Shown here piece by piece: positions 30,633 to 43,400 of a DNA stretch of 64,000 nt. Numbering within the stretch: position 1 is the stretch's first letter; each line of letters begins with the position of its first letter. The notes below the pieces were generated by a model. It did not search any database and was not told the origin of the DNA. It saw nothing but the letters and a program-made list of their open reading frames with translations. The position numbers and the translations under genes are program-made. The DNA is from Eledone cirrhosa (lineage: Eukaryota): the NCBI GenBank assembly GCA_964016885.1, contig OZ024757.1, positions 43,524,001 through 43,588,000 of the forward strand, read 5' to 3'.

Positions 30633-33092
30633 GTATATTTATGCCTGATTTTACAATATAGTTTCTTTAGATTGTTATCTATTCATTCCTGGACAAGGAC
30701 AAGATTTATGTCATGAAGGATCATACAGCTGTTAATATGTCATAATAGATCTGCTACATGTGCAATAACATCATTCCTAACGTAGAATGCTATCACATTT
30801 TATATTTAATTATAAGTGCATATATTATGTTGTGCAATTTAATCATTTACTTATACAACCACAAATGCACATATAGTCCATCATCATCATCAGACATTTC
30901 ATTAAATGTCTCTACATACCAAGTGTCAAATATTCATTACTGCATATGATATAATTAATCTATTGTAGTTATATCACAAGGTGGTAACTCTATGTCTAAT
31001 TCTAACTGTTATTGCAGAGCATAAGGTTATAGATGAATAGGAGTTGTGTAGCGGAAAGAGGAGTTGGTCGAGGGGTTTGTGGTTGTGGGTGCTGCTAAGT
31101 CCTAGATGTGTAGTGTTAATGGTGGTGGGGGATTCAAATGTGACATTGTTGTATACTAACAGCTAGGTTTAAAGTTATGGAACGAGTGTCGGTACCGGTG
31201 TTGGCACAAGGAAAATGTCTCTGACTTTCTATTAAGGAGGTCTAGTTTCGAAAAGATTATAGTATGGGTCGCCAGAAGGCAGAGATTACACAATTTATTT
31301 GGTGGTTTATAAGATGAGGCCCTACCTACTACTTCCCATTGCAGTGTAAATGGTCTATTCCTAGTTTTCAGAGAGTGTATGTAGGTAGATAAAGAAGTGA
31401 AGCTAGTTAGATTGTGTTTTTTGAAAGAGTAGAGGTGCGAGTTGTATCTCGTCTTGAAGTTGTTCGAAGTAGAACCTATATATGTTTTAGAAGAGTTGTT
31501 TGCGTTGACAGTGCGTGAGTAGATGATGTCTTTGGTTAAGCAATTATTACCTAAGGGTCAAGTTCTATTAGTTCTACAGTTACATTTATTCTGGGTGTTA
31601 GCTTGCCGGTTCCTATGTTGTGAAGAATTCTGGTTGCTAGGGGTAGCACTAGGGTAATGATGCCTATCATTCGTATTGTTATTGATTTCATTAGTGCTAT
31701 TATCATTATTACCATTATTACTATCATTGTTTACAGGTGCTAAGTTTACCTCCTGTTGTGTTTTAATTAGTTGGAAATAGCTATTAATCTTCCTTTTATT
31801 ACTACTAGCAATATGGTATGCTATGTTAGGTGTGGTGGAGTACAATATTTTAATTGTATTTTTATTGATAAGGCTATGGTCCTTGTGGCCGGTCGGGAAG
31901 TTTTTTTCTAAGATTGAGAAGAAAGCCTTAGGCAAGTTGGTAGAGACGTTTAGATTGAAAGGGGGATTGAAGAATGTATTAGTTCTCCTTCTATTTTTGT
32001 TTATAGTATTGTTTTTTGAGGTATTTATATTCATGTTTGTATTATTATTGTGGTGTTTACTTTGGTGCGAGTTAAGTTTGGTATCAGTCTTCTTAGAGTT
32101 ATAGTGGCTATTGTTTTTACTATTTCTCCTCATGGCCATATTATGAGAAATAATGTTGTAACTATGTGATTTTATAGGTAGGAATTCAATCTCATTCTTA
32201 TGTCCTGATTTAGCTAAGGCCTCATTATAGTATTGTGAATTATTGTTAAATATAGTTTCATTATATGATAGATTAGAGATTCTATTAGATATTCCTTTGG
32301 TAATGGAGTTTAATATGGATTTAGGGTGGTTAGAGTTGGTGTTCACATGAATTAGTTTTTCGTTAGGTTTATGATAGGGTGTGTATACTCTAGAGTCTAG
32401 GCTAAGGGTAGCATCAAGGAAGTTGATGTTTTTAGTGATTTTATCTAAGGTGATACTTAAGTTGTAGTTTTTGAAAATTTTGTGTAACTGTTTCCTAGTT
32501 TTTTCTATATTAAATTTTTTATAATGCTTCGATGACTCCAAACGAGAGTTGGGAAGAAACGATTGTCAGTTATTAAATGATTTGAATACAACTTTGATAA
32601 TTGTATAATTTCTTGATTTAACTGCTCTGTAAAACAACTGATGTTCATACATTGAGCTATTTCCCTTACTGGTAATAAGGTTATTAAGAAATTACTGACC
32701 TTACTGTTTGTGGTTGTTTATACTATATACGTAACTACAAATAGTATTATTATTATATATATATATATATATATATATACATACATACATACATACATAC
32801 ATACATGGTTTGTTTTTGTATGAAACAATAAAACGTATAGAAGGACCAGCTCTGCAATAAAGATGCACTGGGTGCTTTTTGTCATGTCACCTGCACCACC
32901 ACCTTGCAGGGTGGACTGGGTGCATTTTCTTATGTTAAATTGAAATATGCTTTTACATTGTACCACACTATTCTTACATTTTTATGGAATATTTTGGGTG
33001 CTATGTGGGTGTGACGGTATAGGGCTCTAGCACCCACCCACCCTTCATTTCTTGCAGCTCCCTAAACCCTGAATCATTTGTTGTTGTCTCAC

Positions 33093-33230
33093 CTGGACAG
33101 CTTGTAACGATGATTTCAGTTTATTGTTAAACTTATCCTCCTGTTGAGCACTGATGGCCATGTTGATCAATATCTCCACTTGTTTCCAGTTGTCCAGTTT
33201 CGATTCTGCAGCAGCTTGGTTGTGGAGAAC
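33093..33230 (-). CDS. NCF2: NCF2/NOXA1-like TPR4 exon (VLHNQAAAESKLDNWKQVEILINMAISAQQEDKFNNKLKSSLQAVQ)
   Basis: 138 nt, phase 0/0, cacag/gtgaga; matches p67phox [22 protein letters not shown]. Confidence 0.93.
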
Positions 33231-33231
33231 C

Positions 33232-33910
33232 TGTGTGGAAATAGGTGTAGATGGATGATGGGGTGGAAGGTGGAAATATGTGTAGATGGATGATGGGGTG
33301 GAAGGTGGAAATGGGTGTAGATGGATGATGGGGTGGAAGGTGGAAACATGTGTAGATGGATGATGGGGTGGAAGGTGGAAATAGGTATAGATGGATGATG
33401 GGTGGAAGGTGGAAATAGGTGTAGATAGATGATGGGGTGGAAGGTGGATATGGGTGTAGATGGATGATGGGGTGGAAGGTGGAAATGGGTGTAGATGGAT
33501 GATGGGGTGGAAGGTGGAAATGGGTGTAGATGGATGATGGGGTGGAAGGTGGAAACATGTGTAGATGAATGATGGGGTGGAAGGTGGAAATAGGTATAGA
33601 TGGATGATGGGTGGAAGGTGGAAATAGGTGTAGATAGATGATGGGGTGGAAGGTGGAAATGGGTGTAGATAGATAATGGGGTGGAAGGTGGAAATATGTG
33701 TAGATGGATGATGGTGTGGAAGGTGGAAATAGGTATAGAAGGATGATGGGGTGGAAGGTGGAAATGGGTGTAGATGGATGATGGTGTGGAAATGGGTGTA
33801 GATGGATGATGGTGTGGAAGGTGGAAATGGGTGTAGATGGATGATGGGGTGGAAGGTGGAAATAGGTGTAGATGGATGATGGGGTGGAAGGTGGAAATAT
33901 GTGTAGATAG
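33232..33910. repeat. ~35-bp minisatellite, ~19 copies, abutting a splice acceptor
   Basis: Unit gtagatggatgatggggtggaaggtggaaatgggt. Confidence 0.95.
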
Positions 33911-33996
33911 ATGGAGTGAGATTGTAACAAACAATAACATCCTATGGTAAGTGAATTTATAAAAAAGGATATGAAATATTTTTTAACAGTGGAGAT

Positions 33997-34031
<35 letters not shown>

Positions 34032-34123
34032 CCGGCCTGCCTGGGAGAGCAGTTGCCCCACTTCAATACTGTAGACCGGTCCAACCCTTGTAGCAGGGAA
34101 AGAAAGTGGCCATTAAATGATGA

Positions 34124-34166
<43 letters not shown>

Positions 34167-34599
34167 TTAAACTTCTATTTATGCCAGTCTAGAATTCAAA
34201 TTCTCCGTTTTTGTCTCGGATTTTCAATTAATATTTTACATGTTTTTAATAATATGTCTCATTCTGTTGGACCCTTCCTAAAAACTAACCTTCTCCTAAA
34301 GTTACCCATTTCCCGCCCTCCCACCCCACACACCACCATTGCTATATGGTCCAATCATAACTCAGCGGCTTATAGCAAAGCTACCACCTCGGTTACTACT
34401 CCTTAAGTTTAGACCTGTTTGATGGGTGGACTACAGAATTTGGAAAGTCTAAGCACTCAATGACAATGTCACAGATAAAGATAAATTCACCTCCTACTGT
34501 AGGACGAGAATACAAGGACCCCTCTTTATTTCAGACACGGATGACAAACATAATTCCATCTCCCACACCCCTTCCTGCCCCTCCAACCCATCCATCCCA

Positions 34600-37155
34600 C
34601 CTTCCCAACTTCAGAGTTGGTATCATGAACATTGCACATAGCACATTGAAAGATCGCTCGAATGAGGTTGTAGAGATGCTTGAACATAAAGAAGTTGATG
34701 TTTGTTGTATTCAAGAGACTAGGTGGAGAGGGGGGGGGGGGTCTGCCAGATTCATCGTAGGTAAAAAATGATGCTATAAACTTTTCAAGGTGGGAAATGA
34801 CAACGAACTGGGTGGTGTAGGAATTATGTTAGCCTAGTAGTTAGTGACCTCATAGTCAGGAATAGACGTACTCAACGACAGAGGAGGCCTACCTTGAGGA
34901 GAAGAATATTGAAATTGAAGGACCCCATAGCCAGTGACAAATTTAAAAGCTTATTACTTGATGCCTTTGACAATAAGGAAGAGCAATTAGAGACGTGCAA
35001 TATAGAGGAACAGTGGCAATTCTTGAAAGTGAACCTGCTGAAAGCAACGGATGAAATCTGTGGCTGGAGCAGACCTATTGGTAGGAGGAGAGTAACTTGG
35101 TGGTGGAACAGTGAGGTGGAAGAGACAATCAAGGCCAAAAAGCAGGCTTGGAAAGTATGGCAGGATGGGGGAAGTAGAGAGCACTATCACGTGGCCAGGA
35201 GAGAAGCTAGGAGACAAGTGTACCTTGCAAAAAGGGAAGCAGAGGATAGAAAGTTCAAGCATGTTCTGCAACGTGAGGACCAAAAACGTGAGGTGTTCAG
35301 GATTGCTAGACAATGTGTCAAGGAAAATCGTGATATTGTCGGGGAGAAGTGTGTCCGTAATGATAATGGTGTACTTGCCCTCACTCATACTGATAAGAAG
35401 ATAGCCTGGAAGAGTCACTACGAAAGACTATTAAATGAGGAGAATAAATGGGAAAAAGATAGTCTACCCCAAATCGATCCAATAGAAGGACCAGCGGTGC
35501 AAGTTAAAGGTAGTATAATAAGTAAGGCAATTAAAGATATGAAGACAGGCAAGGCAGCTGGGCCTTCGGAGATAGTTGCTGAGATGTTGAAGGCATCTGG
35601 TATGGCGGGACACACTATGGTCACCCGTATAGTTAACCAAGTAATACAGAATGGGGTCATGCCAAAAGACTGGCATAGCAGCATCATCATTAACTGCTAC
35701 AAAGGTAAAAGGGATCTCTCTAGATAGGGGAAACTATAGAGGCATTAAGTTAGTTGACCAGGTCATGAAGGTCACAGAAAGAGTTATAGCGCAACTAATC
35801 AAAGAGAGAATTGATCTAGATGAAATGCAGTTTGGGGTTGTGTCAGGTAAAAGTACAACAGGCGCTCTTTTCCTTGTACGACAACTTCAGGAGAAGTACC
35901 TAGCTAAAAGTAAACCCCTCTACTTAGCTTTTGTAGACCTGGAGAAAGCCTTCGACAAATGGCCATGCTCAGTGTGTAGGAAAGGATTAGGCAGAAATTC
36001 CATTTTATGTCCCAAATGCAAACTATGGGTACATAAAAGACGTAGTGGGATCACAGGTAAACTATCTAAGAACGTAGAATTTATATGTGGCCGATGCTCA
36101 GGGGCAATAAGTAGCAAGTGTCCACAGGATACTAGCTCCTTCTATTGCCCAGATGGTGCTATAGAAATAGTGGACACTTTCCGTTACCGGGGCGACGAAA
36201 ACAGCAGTGGTGCAGGGTGTTCTGAAAGTACAGTAGCCAAAGTCAGAACTGGATGGAAAAAGTTCAGAGAGCTTATACTGCTGTTGGCCACTAAAGGTTT
36301 CTCTCTAAAAATGAAAGGCAGGCTGTATGATGCTTGTATACGAACAGCAATGTTACATGGCAGTGAGACATGGGCATTACATGCAGAGGACCTGCACAGA
36401 CTGGAAAGGAACGAAGCATGCATGCTCCGTTGGATGTGTAATAGTAATATACGTGAAAGGCAAAGCATAAATGAACTAAGTGAAAAATTAGGAATAAGAG
36501 GGATCAGATGCTGTTTATTTAAGAGAAGACTACGTTGGTATGGTCACGTGATGCGCATGAAAGATGACAGCTGTATAAAAAAATGCAGGGCGATCAAAAT
36601 TGACGGAAGTTACGGAGTAGGCAGACCCAGAAAAACCTAGGACGATCTGATAAATTCCGACCTTACACACTTACACCTCTCTAAGACAATGTCACTGGAC
36701 CGAGATTTTTGGTGCTACCCAGTAATACAGAAGACCGGCCTTGCCTATGTACAAAGCGAAACCTAGTCAGTAGGCACCTCTTAACCAAATATACGCCCCA
36801 ATCCACTACCCCTACCCAATCCTCCCACTCCCACCAACACCACCCTCTCTCTGTAAAGTTGGTACCACAACATCCAGTCCTAAATAAATGAGGTCGTGTA
36901 GGTGTCACAACAAAAAAAACACACAGTCCACGCTGTAATGTGGCCGTGTAGGTAACAGTAAAAAGTTCCCAGTTCCACACTGTAAATGTGGTTGGTGTTA
37001 GGAAGGGCATCCAGCTGTGGAAAACCTGCCAGATAGTCCTATACGAGCGAGACATGGTCACCCGACCAACCTTGCCTCAAGTAGGACAACTCCCGTCTAA
37101 CCCATGCTAGCATGGAAGATGGACGTTAAACGAAGATGATGATGATGATGATGAT
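34600..37155 (+). mobile_element. RTE LINE family B with internal deletions (APE start, RT, PHD insert, 3' UTR, (GAT)n tail)
   Basis: CCIQETRW; WWWN; NYRGIKL; a deletion fuses DLEKAFD to KWPCSVC; RLRWYGHV. Confidence 0.93.
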
Positions 37156-37331
37156 ATAGTCTGGAACTAGATGTTGAAACAGCAAGAGCTCAGCTGTTGG
37201 ATCCCAACTCTATAATATAACCATACTCTCGTACCTGAAGTATTGAGTACTCTGTTGAGTAATGGTCTAACTAGTTTTAAATTGGTTCTCTCCTGATATA
37301 TATATATAAGTGTGTATGTATATATATTTAC

Positions 37332-37440
37332 CTCTGTTAAATATAATATCAAGTTCAAACCTAGGGGTCGGTAGTTGATATATTTTTTATTTCCCATCAA
37401 CTGAATAGCTACCTGGTAACACTTGACAGCACTGTCATAC
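37332..37440 (-). CDS. NCF2: NCF2/NOXA1-like TPR3/beta-hairpin exon (YDSAVKCYQVAIQLMGNKKYINYRPLGLNLILYLTE)
   Basis: 109 nt, phase 2/0, ttttcag/gtaaat; matches p67phox [36 protein letters not shown]. Confidence 0.95.
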
Positions 37441-37547
37441 CTGAAAAGACAACAGCAACAACAATAAATGTACCTACTTTAAGTAGCCATGGCACAATAC
37501 ACAGCATCCTTGAGAATATATTTATGTTTATTATACATGAACAGAAA

Positions 37548-38396
37548 GGAATCATTCCTGCTTCACTGGATCTGAACAACTGAACAACAGAATATAAGAG
37601 GAACATTCAACCACAACACACCACCACTACCACTATGCCCCAACCATCACCACCACTACCTCCAAGGAACCATTCCTGCTTCACTGGATCTGAACAACTG
37701 AACAACAGAATATAAGAGGAACATTCAACCACAACACACCACCACTACACCACAACCACCACTACCACTATGCCCCAACCATCACCACCACTACCTCCAA
37801 GGAACCATTCCTGCTTCACTGGATCTGAACAACTGAACAACAGAATATAAGAGGAACATTCAACCACAACACACCACCACTACACCACAACCACCACTAC
37901 CACTATGCCCCAACCATCACCACCACTACCTCCAAGGAACCATTCCTGCTTCACTGGATCTGAACAACTGAACAACAGAATATAAGAGGAACATTCAACC
38001 ACAACACACCACCACTACACCACAACCACCACTACCACTATGCCCCAACCATCACCACCACTACCTCCAAGGAACCATTCCTGCTTCACTGGATCTGAAC
38101 AACTGAACAACAGAATATAAGAGGAACATTCAACCACAACACACCACCACTACACCACAACCACCACTACCACTATGCCCCAACCATCACCACCACTACC
38201 TCCAAGGAACCATTCCTGCTTCACTGGATCTGAACAACTGAACAACAGAATATAAGAGGAACATTCAACCACAACACACCACCACTACACCACAACCACT
38301 ATGCCCCAACCATCACCACCACTACCTCCAAGGAACCATTCCTGCTTCACTGGATCTGAACAACTGAACAACAGAATATAAGAGGAACATTCAACC
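37548..38396. repeat. 135-bp tandem repeat, ~6.5 copies, intronic
   Basis: Unit starts at 37548, 37666, 37801, 37936, 38071, 38206, 38332. Confidence 0.95.
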
Positions 38397-38690
38397 AAAT
38401 GAACATCAGTCTCCACGTTAACTCTGACAAATTGGAATTACATAAGCTTAAACCTTTAGCATTGTTCTATTGTATGGCTGCTCAGTATGGACCCTTACCT
38501 GAAAACTGGAATGTTATATATACACACACTCCAATATGTTATATACACACACTTACATATTATATATATACACACGTTTTATATATATATAAACATACAT
38601 GTTATACATATACACACCAATGTTATATACACACACACTTACATGTTATGTATATATACACACACAAATATGTTATATACACACACTTAC

Positions 38691-38773
38691 ATGCTATGTT
38701 CGAGGTAAAGTGCAGCCATTTGGACATACGTTGCAACAAAATGTGCATCTTTAGTGACGGCACTCTGAAATTT
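38691..38773 (-). CDS. NCF2: NCF2/NOXA1-like TPR2/3 exon (KFQSAVTKDAHFVATYVQMAALYLEHSM)
   Basis: 83 nt, phase 0/2, ttcttgcag/gtaagt; matches p67phox [28 protein letters not shown]. Confidence 0.95.
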
Positions 38774-39671
38774 CTGCAAGAAAGGAGAGAAAAAATAACA
38801 TTTAATTGCTGTGTAAACAAAACGGTTGACTTAAGAAGCACCCGGAATATTTGCAATGAGTGCATCCCTATGTAAATGACTATAGTAATAGTCAATCACT
38901 AGAGAAATAATTAAGAAAATCTGGTAAAGTAGCCCCTGGAGACTGAAAGAAATGGGACAGAGGTGCCTGCAAGTAATTGAACTCCCACCCCACCTCCACA
39001 TCTCTCAGATGCAGGCAAAACCAACTGGCAGGAGGTTCAGGGGTAGACCCCAAGAAAGATTGTTGAATAACAGTGGACTGAAGCAACGTGAAATAAAGTG
39101 AGAAAAAGATATAGAGATGTCTTGTGTAATTAGTTAAACTAGATTGAAGGCTGCTTAGAATAAATAATGTGAGTAGTGGTGACATCTGTAAGTATAATAT
39201 AGGAGAGATAGTTGAGTAAATAATATAATCAACAGACATTGAGGTCAGGAATGTAGGACAGGAGCAGTTTATTAAGCTACTATCTGACTGGTGGAAAATA
39301 TCTTTTAATAAAAGCAGTGATTCTTTGCTTAAACTTTAATCTGTTCTTATAATAAATATTTGCTCTACAGGTTTGTATCATCATCATCATCATCATTTTA
39401 CAAATGCCATTATAGACTTATTTGTGTTTACAACAAATTTTGACCAATCATTTGACAACTACAATCTTCCCATATGAGGAAGTACCCCCTTGACAAATTC
39501 GGTTATTTATTCACCAGGCTAAAAATTCTAATTTAGTCCAGAAATAGCCGTCGAAACGGCTTGAGCTCTGCCGTCGGGGTCATACTTTTTCCTATTTCCC
39601 ACTCTACTACCCTAACTATTGAGTACTCTGGTGCGTTATGGTCCATCTGGTTCCTTACCACAATTCCTTTG

Positions 39672-39705
<34 letters not shown>

Positions 39706-39710
<5 letters not shown>

Positions 39711-39860
39711 TTAGTGGTTAGAGCAATGGCTTAATGGTTAGAGGATTAGGCTTGCAATCGAAAAGTTGTGAGTTCAATTCTCAGACCGGGTGATGTGTTG
39801 TTTCCTTGAGCAAGACACTTTATTTCACATTGTTCTAGTTTACTCAGCTGTAGAAATGAG
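39706..39860 (+). mobile_element. tRNA-derived SINE head with a duplicated A box
   Basis: tggcttagtggttagag and B-box gagttcaattc; ccttgagcaagacacttta. Confidence 0.75.
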
Positions 39861-39864
39861 ATGA

Positions 39865-42087
39865 TAGGGAAAGAAAGTTCAAGCATGTTCTACAACGCGA
39901 GGACCAAAAACGTGAGGTGTTCAGGATTGCTAGGCAATGTGTCAAGGAAAACCGTGATATTGTCGGGGAGAAGTGTGTCCTTAATGATGATGGTGTACTT
40001 GCCATCACTGACGCTGATAAGAAGGTAGCTTGGAAGTGTCACTACGAAAGGCTACTAAATGAGGAGAATAAATGGGAGAAAGACAGTCTCCCCCACATCG
40101 ACCCAATAGAGAGACCAGCAGTGTTAGTCGAAGGTAGTATAATAAGTAAGGCAATCAAAGATATGAAGACGGGTAAGGCGGAAATAGTTGCTGAAATGCT
40201 GAAAGCTTCTGGAACGGTGGGACACACTATGGTCACCCGGATAGTAAACCATGTCATACAGAATGGGGTTGTTCCGAAGGACTGGCGTAGCAGCATCATC
40301 GTTAACTGCTACAAGGGTAAAGGAGATGCCCTAGATAGGGGTAACTATAGAGGCATTAAATTAATCGACCAGGTCATGAAGGTCACAGAAAAAGTAATAG
40401 CGCAACTAATCAGAGAGCGAATTGATCTAGATGAAATGCAGTTCGGGTTTGTGTCAGGTAAAAGTACCACAGCCGCTCTTTTCCTTGTACGACAACTACA
40501 GGAGAAGTACCTAGCTAAAAGTAAACCCCTATACTTAGCTTTTGTCGACTTGGAGAAAGCCTTTGACAGAGTCCCCCGCTCCATTATCTGGTGGGCTCTT
40601 AGAAAACTAGGTGTTGATGAATGGCTTGTGAGAGCTATACAAGCCATGTATAAAGAAACAGTCAGCAAGGTTAGAATTAACAACGAATATAGTGAAGAGT
40701 TTAGCGTAAAAGTTGGTGTTCATCAGGGCTCCGTTCTTAGCCCCCTACTATTTATTATTGCCCTTCAGGCTATAACAGTGGAGTTCAAGACCGGCTGCCC
40801 ATGGGAACTCCTATACGCAGATGATCTAACGCTCATAGCTGAATCAATGGCTGAACTAGAGAAGAAATTCCAAACATGGAAGCATGGCCTAGAATCAAAA
40901 GGCCTTAAAATTAACCTGTCTAAGACTAAAGTTCTAGTTTGTAGGAAGGAAAATAGGGCACCGGTCCCATCAGGGAAATGGCCATGCTCAGTGTGTAGGA
41001 AAGGAGTAGCCAGAAACTCCATTTTACGTCCCAAATGCATAAAAGATGTAGTGGGATCACAGGTAAGCTAACTAAGAATATAGATTTTATATGTGGTCGG
41101 TGCACTGGTACAATAAGTAGCAGCAAATGCCCACAGAATACTAGCTCATTCCATTGCACAGATGGTTCTATAGAAATAGTGGACACCTTCCGTTACCTAG
41201 GTGACAAAATCAGCAGTTGTGGAGGGTGCTCCAAAAGTACAGTAGCTAGAGTCAGAACGGGATGGAAAAAGTTCAGAGAGCTTATACCACTATTAGCCTC
41301 TAAAGGGTTCACTCTAAAAATGAAAGGCAGGCTGTATGATGCCTGCATATGAACAGCAATGTTACATGGCAGTGAGACCTGGGCATTGTGTGCAGAGGAT
41401 ATACGCAGACTGCAGAGAAACGAAGCTTGCATGCTCCGCTGGATGTGTAATAGTAATATACGTGAACGACAAAGCATAAACGAACTAAGGGAAAAATTAG
41501 GAATAAGAGGGATCAGATGTTGTTTACTCTAGAGAAGACTACGTTGGTACGGTCACGTGATGCGCATGAAAGACGACAGCTGTATAAAAAAGTGCAGGGC
41601 AATAAAAATAGACGGTAGCCACGGAGTAGGCAGACCCAGAAAAACCTGGGACGACTTGATAAATTCCGACCTCACACACTTACACCTCTCCAAGACAATG
41701 TCACTGGACCGAGATCTTTGGCGCTACACAGTCATACAGAAGACCCGCCTTGCCTAAGTACAAAGCGAAACCTACAGTCAGTAGGTACCTCTAACAAAAA
41801 CACACCCCCATCCCACTACTCCCACTCCATCCACACCACCCCTTTCAATGTAAAGTTATGTTGGTACCACAACATCCAGTCCGAAACAAATGAGGTCGTG
41901 TAGGTGTCACGACAAAAAAACCTCCCAGTCCACACTGTAAACGTGGTTGGTGTTAGGAAGGGCATCCAGCCGTAGAAAACCCGCCAGACAGTCCTATGCG
42001 AGCAAGACAACCACTCTTGCCTCAAGTGGGAAAACTCCCGTCCAAACCCATGCAAGCGTGGAAGATGGACGTTAAACGATGATGATG
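39865..42087 (+). mobile_element. RTE LINE family B, 5'-truncated, RT nearly intact
   Basis: ORF 39917-41071 with QFGF, FVDLEKAFD, GVHQGSVLSP, LYADDL; (GAT)n tail. Confidence 0.96.
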
Positions 42088-42514
42088 GTGTATACACACA
42101 CGCACACACATATATATATTTTTATTTTTATGGTGTATACGTTCGTATGTGTGTGGGTACAGGTGTCGTGCACGTTTATGTGTACATGCTTGTTTATGCA
42201 TGCACGGCGGGTGTGTTCGTGTATGCATGTGTATGTACGTATATGGATGCGTGTATGTATATATTTAATTATTGTTGATTTCAATAACCTCTGTCATTTT
42301 CGTTCTACTAATTTATTTACATTATTCTTAACTCTGAAGCCGAGAATCATTCAGTTTCCTAAATAGAATATTAGTCTATGACTTCATTTATACCATAAAC
42401 GTGGTTTTTGTCTTTGCGTGTAATTGTTCTCATCGCTCCACATAATGACGTATTATCTTCGCTTTTTTCCGTTCATTGCCAGGGAATGCCTTCACGAACC
42501 AAAGTATCGTCTTC

Positions 42515-43400
42515 TTATTTTCCTTTGCTTGCTATAGGCCTGCTCCAGCCACAGACTTCATCTGCCGCCATCAGCAGCTTTGCTTTCAGGAATTCCCACT
42601 GTTCCTCTATATTGTACGCCTCTAATTGCTCTTCCTTACTGTCGAAAGCATCAAGTAATATGCTTTTAAATTTATTACTGGCTGTGGGTCCTTTAGCTTC
42701 CATATTTTTCTCCTGAGGATAGTCCTCTTCTGTTGTCGAGTACGTCTCGTCCTGACTATGAGGTCGCTAACTATGAGGCTATGTTGGGAGGTGCATTCTT
42801 CATGGGGGAGGGATTTAGTGTTTACAACAGACACTCTGTCACGTCTCCTGGTAAGGATATAATCTACCTGGCTTGTGTGTTCCCCCGATCTATAGGTGAT
42901 CAAGTGATTGTCTCGTTTTTTGAAGTTAGTTTTACAGATAGTTAGGTTATTTGCGTCACAGAATTCCAGGATTCTGGAGCCTTCCTCATTTCTAGTACCA
43001 AACCCATAGCCTCCATGGATTCCGTCATAGCCGTCAGAATGTTGTCCAACATGACCATTTAGGTCGGCAGCAATAATTATATAGTCACTGTCAGTTATTT
43101 GGGAGGTAGTGAACATCAGTGTCTCATAGAATCTGTCCTTTATAGCGCCAGGCAGTCCGGATTGGGGTGCGTACGCAGATATTACTGTCCCAGTAGTACT
43201 ATTTAGAACAACTCTTATTTTAATTATTCTGTTGTTCACTCTATTTACGTCTATTACCTTATCTACCCTTTTTCTGCTAACATGATTCCTACCCCACCCA
43301 GCCCATTGTCATTTCCCACCCAGAAAAGCTTATAGCATCGTTTTTTACCCACAATGAATCTAGCAGACCCACCCCTCCACTTGGTCTCTTGGATACAGCA
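42515..43400 (-). mobile_element. RTE LINE family B, APE endonuclease region
   Basis: SAYAPQ, ADLNGHVG, RNEEG, SQVDYIL, SQHSL. Confidence 0.92.

Larger units (their letters stand above)
29337..32720 (-). mobile_element. Penelope-like element (Naiad-type), 5'-truncated, with inverted pLTR copies at 29337-29432 and 32521-32616; RT C-terminus plus GIY-YIG endonuclease
   Basis: INFLD..PYHKPN..SNHP; FFNPPF; CNCR....(TGA)PLGNNCL; IIY..YIG; CNLC; LLNRKSE; CQHR; the two termini are reverse complements of each other. Confidence 0.9.

Noticed and set aside
30153-30716. 15-aa repeat protein; telomeric seed (CCCTAA in each unit)
   Set aside because: Perfect DNA-level repeat with no synonymous variation. 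The CCCTAA is created by the unit junction and is not tandem.
33133-33940. His/Pro-rich ORFs
   Set aside because: Minisatellite translations; the real exon lies at 33093-33230 in another frame
37548-38396. Repeat-spacer (CRISPR-like) array
   Set aside because: The linkers are length variants of the same CAC-rich sequence
39706-39790. tRNA gene (also ~6430 and ~54290)
   Set aside because: A/B boxes are followed by SINE body; no cloverleaf
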